Source: a virus (lineage: Duplodnaviria > Caudoviricetes). Taken from it: 31,903 nt of DNA. The stretch covers positions 1 through 31,903 of IMG/VR virus record IMGVR_UViG_3300032218_000439; one strand, written 5' to 3'. The first letter of the stretch is position 1. Every line of letters begins with the position of its first letter. Shown here piece after piece: positions 1 to 7,578 of the stretch. The notes under the pieces are model-generated. The model was not told the origin of the DNA. It saw only the letters and a program-made list of their open reading frames with translations, and searched no databases. The position numbers and the translations under genes were made by a program.

Positions 1-1883
1 AATATATTTGCACCTGCACCAGGAACTTTTGTAGCAAAGTTGATGTTAGCACTATAGTCACCGTTATCTACACTATAGATACTTGCTTCGGGCGGGTATC
101 CCGCACCCGTGTATGTATAAAAATCTATACCTGATCCGCTACCACTACCCCCACCAGTATTAACAATATTGATTCCAGTGATTGTGTTACCAGCATTTGC
201 ACCTGTTACTGTTAGTGGAACAGTTTTGTATAAGTTAGTTACTGCTGAACCAACATATAGATAGTTAGTTATATTTGCATTGTTTGCACTTAAGTTACCA
301 CTGGCAGTAAGATTGCCGCTAGAAGTATCAATTGTTACACGTGCTGTAGCATCTAATGTTGGAGAGAACACAATGTTGCCTGTGCTACCAGCAGTACCAT
401 TACCAGTTTGAATGTAACTAGTAGTGCCGGCAGTGACAATGCGAGTCTTTGTGGCTGTAGCATTGGCTATGTTGCCCAGTGTCAATGCACCATATCCTGC
501 AATCTCTGCGTTAGAAGTTAAGTTGCCACCAGTGATGGTGCCTGTTACATTTAAACTAGTTAATGTACCTGTGCTTGTAATATTCGGTTGCGCAGCTGTT
601 GTTAATGTACCAGTAAAGTAATTAGCACTTACTAAATTACCACCAGTAACATTACCATTTGTTATATTACCGGTCACTGCTAAACTAGTTAGTGTACCAA
701 CTGAAGTAATGTTAGGTTGTGCATTTGTATATACCGTACCAGCTACCAGAGCATTACCAACTTGACCACTTACGTTGGCACCTGCTACTGCGTTAGCTGT
801 TGTTGCATATGTTGCTAAATTAGCGGTACCATATAGATTACCAGTGAAATAATTAGCAGTAACACTATTACCTAAACTAGCATTACCCGCGGTTAAGTTA
901 CCAGTGAATGCTGCCATTGCGGCATTTGCTCTAGCGTTAGTGTAATAAAGATTAGTTCCCTCACTAACATTACTTGTTGATTTTGTAGCCAATCTATTAT
1001 CAAATGCAGTATTTGCTCTTGCATCTGTATAGTATAAATTAGTTCCTTCAGTTAAGTTGGTTGTAGTCTTTGCGGCTAGTCTATTATCAAAAGCAGTGTT
1101 GCTTCTAGCAGTTGTGAAATAGATATTAGTAGAACCTTCAGTAACATCATCTGTATTGATTGTTACCGCCCCCGTCTTTGAATTAACACTTGTTACACCA
1201 CCAGTTACTGTAATAACACCAGTGGTATTGTCATAACTACCGCTACCAGTAACGCTTATTGCTGTTCTTGCTCTTGCGTTGGTAAAATATAAATTAGTAC
1301 CTTCGCTTAAATTACTTGTTGATTTGGTTGCTAATCTGTTATCAAACGCAGTATTTGCTCTATTGTCAGTGTAGTATAAATTAGTACCTTCACTTAAATT
1401 ACTTGTTGATTTACTAGCTAGCCTATCATCAAATGCTGAATTGGATCTTGCCACTGTAAAATATAAATTAGTACCCTCAGCCAATTCTGTGGTACTGATT
1501 GGAATATTTACATAAGTACTTCCATCACGTGTTTGTTCCCATTTCTGTGTTGATTCATTCCAGCGCAATCTTGTCTTTGGACTACTACCTCTATCAACAT
1601 CAACACTTGCGTTAAGACTTGGCGTACCAGTAGTACCGCTGTTCAATGTAATTTTAGTATCACTGATGTTTTGAGTAGTGGTATTTGTAATTGTTTCAGT
1701 ACCAGTAACACTTAAATTATGAAAGGTTACATCACTTGTAGTATCTAAACTTTGATTGGGTTTTCCAGTAACATTAGCATATGCTACTGCGTTTGCACTA
1801 TCTGCTACAATTGCTTTACTAGCAGTGATTGGTGCAGTTGCTGATACCTTAGGTATTAATTTATAATTTGATAAGTCTGCCAT
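1..1883 (-). CDS. Tail fibre-like virion protein, partial (runs off left edge)
   Basis: Absent from the ORF track because there is no stop in the window. Hand translation from ATG at 1883 (AAGGA SD upstream) gives MADLSNYKLIPKVSATAP..., open to the edge, T/N/G/A-rich, with EGTNLYYT-AR repeats and AQPNITS-GTLTSL fibre repeats. Confidence 0.85.
   Translation of the reverse strand, partial: MADLSNYKLIPKVSATAPITASKAIVADSANAVAYANVTGKPNQSLDTTSDVTFHNLSVTGTETITNTTTQNISDTKITLNSGTTGTPSLNASVDVDRGSSPKTRLRWNESTQKWEQTRDGSTYVNIPISTTELAEGTNLYFTVARSNSAFDDRLASKSTSNLSEGTNLYYTDNRANTAFDNRLATKSTSNLSEGTNLYFTNARARTAISVTGSGSYDNTTGVITVTGGVTSVNSKTGAVTINTDDVTEGSTNIYFTTARSNTAFDNRLAAKTTTNLTEGTNLYYTDARANTAFDNRLATKSTSNVSEGTNLYYTNARANAAMAAFTGNLTAGNASLGNSVTANYFTGNLYGTANLATYATTANAVAGANVSGQVGNALVAGTVYTNAQPNITSVGTLTSLAVTGNITNGNVTGGNLVSANYFTGTLTTAAQPNITSTGTLTSLNVTGTITGGNLTSNAEIAGYGALTLGNIANATATKTRIVTAGTTSYIQTGNGTAGSTGNIVFSPTLDATARVTIDTSSGNLTASGNLSANNANITNYLYVGSAVTNLYKTVPLTVTGANAGNTITGINIVNTGGGSGSGSGIDFYTYTGAGYPPEASIYSVDNGDYSANINFATKVPGAGANI
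930..1490 (-). repeat. Six EG(S)TNLY(Y/F)TxxR repeats, ~29-aa period, in two groups of three
   Basis: Translated repeats of the form STSNLSEGTNLYYTxxRANTAFDNRLATK; DNA copies diverge at synonymous sites. Boundaries approximate. Confidence 0.85.
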
Positions 1884-1903
1884 TTACTATTCCTTAATTT
1901 ATT

Positions 1904-4900
1904 TTAATAGACTCTCCAAGTAGTGCCGTTATAGAACAATCCAAAACTTTGATTGTCAACACTTACTGTCATATCACTTGCTGATCCCATAATTGTATGA
2001 CCGTTTCTAGCAATAACTAAATTGTTTGTATTATATGCACCACCTGCATCTGCAAAATATATTGCATCACCTGTTGCTGGACTTGCCGGTAGTGTTGCTG
2101 TTACTGCAACTGATGTTGTATCAACACCATATCTGCCACCAACTGTTGTATTAAAGTCTGCTGTTTTTATACTGAACGGTGGTTCAATTTTTATTACAGG
2201 CTTGTTATTACTATCTACAATATTGCCATTTGCTGGTAATGTTAAATTACCTGAAGCAGTAAAGTTCCAAGCAACACTAACATTAGTACCAATTTGCACA
2301 CCAGCATTACCAAACAATGTAGCACCACTAGGAATATCATCTAATCCTAAATAAGCATTTCCGCTAGTGGCATTGGCAGTGATACCAGCAGTACCTGCTC
2401 CCACACTATATACAGAACCACCACCGGGTATTGATAGATTACCATTTTTATTAAAAATCCAATTATTTGTAACATCAGTGTCGGTAGAACTATAATTAGC
2501 AATAGTGAATGTCGCAGTACCACTACCACCCAATATAGTTATAGTGTCACCATTTACATATCCAGTACCAGGATTATCAACAGTAACTAAATCAACTATA
2601 GTACCTGATTGATTTACATTTACAGTCATTCCCGTGCCACTACCGCCTGATGTAGATGTGCCAGATTGACTACCATAACCAGTACCACCGTTTGTAATAG
2701 TGGTAATATTATAAATTGCATGAGTTTTTAACGTTAAATTACTATTAATAGGGGAAGCGTGTATATTAGCAGTTATAATATTAGCAGTAATATTACCGGT
2801 GTATGTTGGTAGATAATTTGCAACATTGCTATTAGCATATGTACTACTAATTCCACTTAATATACTTGAACCATTAGCATAGTTAATTTTAGAAGTATTA
2901 GTTGGTAATGTTAGATTGCCATCTTGTGCAAATGTCCAACTTTGTGAATTAGCAGTTACAACTACATTACCTGGATTAGATCCTATGCCAGGTATACTTC
3001 CTATAGTAGTATTAGTATGGCTAATTATTCTAGCATATGAACTACTATCATCATATTCTGCACCAGACAATACATTCATCAACAACAATGTATCACTGTC
3101 AGATGCAAGTACTTCTGTCGGTAATGTAAAGTTTTGTGTGTATCTTGCAACTTTTGATATGCGAATGCCACTTAACACACCTGCCAAATATTGGAAGTCG
3201 CCAGAGCCTCCAATTTTGCCTATATATAGAGCATTGGTATTTTGATAATTACTAGGTCCACCATAGCCAGTGTGATTTGTTTGTAATACCCCGTCATAAT
3301 ATACATCAACATATTGAGTAGTATTATTATTAACAATTGCTATATGAGTCCATACATTTATAGTAGGTTGTGGGTAATATGATGGATTTTGAGCGGTACC
3401 TAAAATTGTGAGTTGACCATTAGATATACTTACCCCTATGCTAGTACCTCCTGCACCCGCAGGGTCCTGGTCAATTACTCTATAAATTTTACCGGTAGAA
3501 TCTCCGGTGATTTTAATTCTAAACTCTATTGTCCATACTGTACCTAATGCCCAATCACTTGAACTAGGCACAACCATATAGCCGCCGCCGGGTTCAGTAC
3601 CATTGAACACAATGCCACTTGGTATAGGTGTACCTAAACCACCTGCTACAGTAATATCAGTACCTGTTGAAGCATGTACGTTATTAGTAATTACACTATT
3701 GAATGTAACATTATTACTTGTGTTCAAGTTTTGATTGAATGTTGCTATCGTTGGCTTACCTGAAACATTAGCCCAGGCTACGGCATCGGCTGAACCAGCA
3801 CTTGTTGCATAAGTTGCATTTGCTACTGTACCGGTAACATTTGCACCTGCTAAAGATGTTAATGAACTACCGTTTCCACTGAATAATTTTGCTTTAAGTG
3901 TTCCGGTAGATACATCAATTGTTACATTACTGGTGTATTTGATACTACCATCGTATGTCATCACATCCATGTCACCGGCACTAGCATTATCTAATGTAGT
4001 TGATGGAGTAACAGAGGAGGCTGCAAATACACCATTACCATAAAGAACATTACTTGCATTACCGTCTTTATTAATAGATGATATATTACCTAATGTTGGT
4101 GCTCCAGTTAAATTAGAATATGCACCACTAAACAATGTTGGCTTACTTGTCAAATCATTATAATTACCACTAAATAAACTTGGTTTACTTGTCAAATCAT
4201 TATAACTACCACTGAATAAAGCTGGTTTATTAGTTAAATCAACATAGTTACCTGAGAACAATGTTGGCTTACTTGTCAAATCATTATAATTGCCACTGAA
4301 TAGTGCTGGTTTACCACTTAAGTTAGCCCATGTTATATTAGCAACAGTATTACTTACATTACTTACGTTACTATTTGTAGCATAATTAGCAATGTTTGGT
4401 GCACCACTTAGATTAGCATATGTAATGTTTGCAACAGTATTTGATAGTGCTGATAGATTAGAAGTAGTTGCATACCCACTTAAATCAGCACTGGTTAAGT
4501 AACTACCTGCCAATTGATACCCAGATAAATCAGAAGTAGTTGCGTACCCACTTAAATCAGCACTGGTTAAGTAACTACCTGCCAATTGATACCCAGATAA
4601 ATCAGAAGTAGTTGCGTACCCACTTAAGTCTGCACTAGTAATGTACCCTTGACTTGTTACATATGATTGTGTTGCATAACTACTTAGATTAGGAATATCA
4701 TCAAAGTTTGCTAACTTAATCCAATTGCCACTGTGTGCCATATAGCCATGTTCGGTTACATGAACGTGTGCAAACATTCCATGTTTACTGCTTGCATTAG
4801 GCAAATCAATTTCAGTTGGGTAAAAAGTCCATATTAAATCTTCTGATTTTCCACTTGTCGCTACTGTAGCTAAATTTGGCTTGTCACTTAAATTAGCATA

Positions 4901-5650
4901 AGTTACATTTGCTATTGCATTTGCTATTTTATTATCAACTACTGCATTGCTTGCTAATCCAGCGATACTAGGAATGCTAGGTTTATTAGATAAATCATTA
5001 TAATCACCAGTAGTTGCAACTTGCATCAAACTTGGTGGATTTAGTAAATCAGAAAAATTACCAGTTGTTGCTACTGTGGCTAAATTAGGTTTACCACTCA
5101 AACTAGCATAAGTTATGTTTGCAATTGCATTGGTCACATACCCGGTGTTTGCTAAATTAGATGGAATATTAGATAAATCATTATAGCTGCCCGATGTAGC
5201 TACTGTAGCAAATATGGGTTTGCCAGTTAGACTACTCCAAGTAGAAGTTGCTACTTGTTGACTAGCCCAGCTTAAATTTCCGCTACCATCCGTTTTAAGA
5301 ATATACCCATTACTACCGCCTGCAATTTTAACATTTCCCACATTTCCTAAATTTGCAGTGTTAGTTGTCGTGATATTTCCAACATGAAATGTTTCAGCAG
5401 TTAATATGTTTGTAATCGCATCATAAGTAAGTTCTGGGTCGCCGGTAGCTATGTTACCTTTGTTAATCAATACTTGATTGTTTGCTCCGGCTGTATTCAA
5501 GTTATATTGAATAATATTGACAATAGTATTGCCATTAGATATGTTATCAGTTGGATAGCGAATTTCGCCGTCAATACCCGGTGTACTAGGAACTACTATT
5601 CCGGGGTCTGCTGATGTGTTAACGAATACTTGTGATGGATCTTGTGGCAT
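1904..5650 (-). CDS. Large tail fibre/adhesin-like protein with LamG/concanavalin-like domain
   Basis: 1248 aa, low-complexity S/T/N/G; fibre repeats (LATVATSG.Y.DL..KP, LFSGNYNDLTSKP); LamG-like segment (WTIEF..., WTHIAIVNN...YYDG...LYIG...IRISKVARY, ~3075-3620); C-terminal DTT..TATLPASPATGD..ADA.G...NNL.I.RNG domain typical of phage fibres. AGGA SD. Confidence 0.8.
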   Translation of the reverse strand: MPQDPSQVFVNTSADPGIVVPSTPGIDGEIRYPTDNISNGNTIVNIIQYNLNTAGANNQVLINKGNIATGDPELTYDAITNILTAETFHVGNITTTNTANLGNVGNVKIAGGSNGYILKTDGSGNLSWASQQVATSTWSSLTGKPIFATVATSGSYNDLSNIPSNLANTGYVTNAIANITYASLSGKPNLATVATTGNFSDLLNPPSLMQVATTGDYNDLSNKPSIPSIAGLASNAVVDNKIANAIANVTYANLSDKPNLATVATSGKSEDLIWTFYPTEIDLPNASSKHGMFAHVHVTEHGYMAHSGNWIKLANFDDIPNLSSYATQSYVTSQGYITSADLSGYATTSDLSGYQLAGSYLTSADLSGYATTSDLSGYQLAGSYLTSADLSGYATTSNLSALSNTVANITYANLSGAPNIANYATNSNVSNVSNTVANITWANLSGKPALFSGNYNDLTSKPTLFSGNYVDLTNKPALFSGSYNDLTSKPSLFSGNYNDLTSKPTLFSGAYSNLTGAPTLGNISSINKDGNASNVLYGNGVFAASSVTPSTTLDNASAGDMDVMTYDGSIKYTSNVTIDVSTGTLKAKLFSGNGSSLTSLAGANVTGTVANATYATSAGSADAVAWANVSGKPTIATFNQNLNTSNNVTFNSVITNNVHASTGTDITVAGGLGTPIPSGIVFNGTEPGGGYMVVPSSSDWALGTVWTIEFRIKITGDSTGKIYRVIDQDPAGAGGTSIGVSISNGQLTILGTAQNPSYYPQPTINVWTHIAIVNNNTTQYVDVYYDGVLQTNHTGYGGPSNYQNTNALYIGKIGGSGDFQYLAGVLSGIRISKVARYTQNFTLPTEVLASDSDTLLLMNVLSGAEYDDSSSYARIISHTNTTIGSIPGIGSNPGNVVVTANSQSWTFAQDGNLTLPTNTSKINYANGSSILSGISSTYANSNVANYLPTYTGNITANIITANIHASPINSNLTLKTHAIYNITTITNGGTGYGSQSGTSTSGGSGTGMTVNVNQSGTIVDLVTVDNPGTGYVNGDTITILGGSGTATFTIANYSSTDTDVTNNWIFNKNGNLSIPGGGSVYSVGAGTAGITANATSGNAYLGLDDIPSGATLFGNAGVQIGTNVSVAWNFTASGNLTLPANGNIVDSNNKPVIKIEPPFSIKTADFNTTVGGRYGVDTTSVAVTATLPASPATGDAIYFADAGGAYNTNNLVIARNGHTIMGSASDMTVSVDNQSFGLFYNGTTWRVY
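4100..4320 (-). repeat. 42-nt-period coding repeat (LFSGNYNDLTSKPx, ~5 copies)
   Basis: Visible in the translation and in DNA (ttacttgtcaaatcattataa recurs). Boundaries approximate. Confidence 0.85.
4473..4627. repeat. Exact 72-bp tandem duplication (24-aa unit SADLSGYATTSDLSGYQLAGSYLT)
   Basis: 4473-4544 is identical to 4545-4616, with a partial third copy to 4627. Confidence 0.95.
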
Positions 5651-5662
5651 TTCTTTTCCTTA

Positions 5663-6532
5663 TTATGGCCTTAAGAGTGGGGGGATGCCCGCACGACTTA
5701 TTTTACTACCTAATTTACTTGCATTCTGTTTCATAGTCTCTGGACCAATGTCAACGGTTAATGCAGTTTTATATCTAGGATCATTTCTCTCTTTATAACT
5801 AGGGATATAACCACTAGCACTTTCAGGTAAACTTAATCTTTCACTATGTAGAACATCAAGTTTATCATATAATTGTTTAATAATACCTTTACTACGTAAT
5901 GCTTTGAATGCTAGATTCTCAGGACCAAACTCACCGTGTAAATGTAGTCCGTTCTTGCGATATTTTTTAATCTTGTCTATCACAGTTTGTATCTTATTTG
6001 GATCATTGTGCTTTAATGCTACTTTAGCTAAGTCACGCATTTTGTTGAACTTTAACTTAGTTGCCATTTGGTCTAAGTTAGCACGTGATTTCTTAGGTAA
6101 TTTGATCCATTTGTCATGTAGAATGCTGTACTCACCCAAACTGATAACTGGTTCGTTAGCGTCTTGTATGTATAATTCTACTTCATATCCGTTTACAATG
6201 ATATCATGTGTGTCATTGTATAATGTCTTTTTAGCGTGAAACAATTCACGGTAAACTAATTCGTCATTTAATTTGCTCATATCTACTAGGATATGTAAGT
6301 CTATATCACTGTGCTTTGTATAAGTGTAGGCTGCATTACTACCAGATAATGTGATGTCCATTACTTGTATATTGTCAAGACCTAGATGGTCAATAAAGTC
6401 ACCCGCAATTAACAATAATTGCTCTCTTACGTCATCACGCATGGTGTCTCCGGCAAAAACTGCATGATTTAGATCATCATGGAAGTAAATTGCGTCATGG
6501 AGTTTGAAACTGTCTAATTCTTTAAGGTTCAT
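5663..6532 (-). CDS. DNA polymerase beta-superfamily nucleotidyltransferase
   Basis: LSGSNAAYTYTKHSDIDLH fits the hG[GS]x9-13DhDh signature; likely third acidic residue in VELYIQD. Confidence 0.8.
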   Translation of the reverse strand: MNLKELDSFKLHDAIYFHDDLNHAVFAGDTMRDDVREQLLLIAGDFIDHLGLDNIQVMDITLSGSNAAYTYTKHSDIDLHILVDMSKLNDELVYRELFHAKKTLYNDTHDIIVNGYEVELYIQDANEPVISLGEYSILHDKWIKLPKKSRANLDQMATKLKFNKMRDLAKVALKHNDPNKIQTVIDKIKKYRKNGLHLHGEFGPENLAFKALRSKGIIKQLYDKLDVLHSERLSLPESASGYIPSYKERNDPRYKTALTVDIGPETMKQNASKLGSKISRAGIPPLLRP

Positions 6533-6537
6533 AGCTA

Positions 6538-6544
6538 TATTTAT
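6538..6544 (-). promoter_or_regulatory. T4-like late promoter (ATAAATA), 5 nt before ATG
   Basis: ATAAATA on minus, directly after a terminator; resembles the T4 late consensus TATAAATA and recurs before many genes here. Confidence 0.7.
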
Positions 6545-6546
6545 GC

Positions 6547-6580
6547 AAAAAGGCTAACGCAGTCTCCTACGTTAGCCTTT
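6547..6580 (-). terminator. Rho-independent terminator after glycosyltransferase gene
   Basis: Minus strand AAAGGCTAACGTAG-GAGA-CTGCGTTAGCCTTTTT: 14-bp stem (one G-U), GNRA tetraloop, U tract. Confidence 0.85.
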
Positions 6581-6600
6581 GGGGGTAAGAATGATACTTT

Positions 6601-7521
6601 TTAAGCGGCTGCTTCTACAGTAGTTTCTTGTGGTGTTGCATCAACCGTTGTAGCTGAAATTGCTTGTTGTTCTTGTTGTTTCTTTTGTAAATCTTGAACA
6701 TACATAGGACCAATTGTGTCCATTAAATGTTGTTGATTTTCCATACAGAATACATATGAACCTGAGTGACGTAGCAATACACGTTTGTCAACATATACTT
6801 TGCCACCAATATCACGCCAGTTTTCACAGAATGTCCAGTCTTCACTGTAGTAACGATTCTGACGAACTGCTGTGTCAAAATATGTTTTCAAGTGTTGGTC
6901 ATACTTTGGATCTAATCCAATGTCGTTTTTGTATTGCTTTACAGCTGGATGAGATTTAAGTTTCTCAAATACACCACGCTTCATTAACAAGAATCCAGTA
7001 CCTGCTTTAGATACTTCTTGGAATCCATCACTACCTTCTTCTGCACCCTCAAATCCATTGACAACCCACTTGATAGGCATAGTCTTCATTGGGTATAGAC
7101 CGCCGATAACGTCTACATCACGGTTTAACAATACTAACAAGTGCCAAGGTTCCCAACCAATGTCAGCGTCAACAAAGAATAAATGAGTTGATTCTGTTTG
7201 TTCTAAGAACTTTGCAGTTAGTGTGTTACGAGCACGACTGATAAGACTTTCGTTAACCATTGTTTCCAATGTCCAGTCAATACCAAGTTGACGGGCTGTG
7301 TTTGCCCACTTGATGAATGACATGAAAGTTGATTCAGTCAACATACCACCATAGCATGGCATAGCGATATGCACACGGGTAGTACGCAAGAAATCAACGT
7401 TAACTTGAACTTGATTTCCCTGAGCTTGTGTTTGCTCTGCTGCCGCTTTTTCAGCGATTTCCTGCACCTGTTCTACGGGTACAGTTTTCTCTTCGGTTTT
7501 TTTGGTTTTCTTTGTTGCCAT
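6601..7521 (-). CDS. GT-A fold (GT2-like) glycosyltransferase
   Basis: HIAMPCYGG, SLISRARN, FFVDADIGW (DxD), GTGFLL, SEDWTFC, L.HSG motifs; GAGGA SD. Confidence 0.8.
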   Translation of the reverse strand: MATKKTKKTEEKTVPVEQVQEIAEKAAAEQTQAQGNQVQVNVDFLRTTRVHIAMPCYGGMLTESTFMSFIKWANTARQLGIDWTLETMVNESLISRARNTLTAKFLEQTESTHLFFVDADIGWEPWHLLVLLNRDVDVIGGLYPMKTMPIKWVVNGFEGAEEGSDGFQEVSKAGTGFLLMKRGVFEKLKSHPAVKQYKNDIGLDPKYDQHLKTYFDTAVRQNRYYSEDWTFCENWRDIGGKVYVDKRVLLRHSGSYVFCMENQQHLMDTIGPMYVQDLQKKQQEQQAISATTVDATPQETTVEAAA

Positions 7522-7524
7522 TTT

Positions 7525-7563
7525 GTCCTCGTTAAAATGTATAATTATTTACACACTGAGGAC
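7525..7563 (-). promoter_or_regulatory. SD-sequestering hairpin enclosing late promoter TAAATA (7546-7551)
   Basis: Minus strand GTCCTC-AGTGTGTAA-ATAA-TTATACATT-TTAAC-GAGGAC; the outer helix pairs with the SD. Confidence 0.65.
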
Positions 7564-7578
7564 CGGTACGAAATATTT

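Noticed and set aside
930-4627. Fibre repeats as CRISPR or diversity-generating retroelement TR/VR
   Set aside because: Periods are multiples of three within ORFs, differences are not adenine-specific, and no reverse transcriptase is present.
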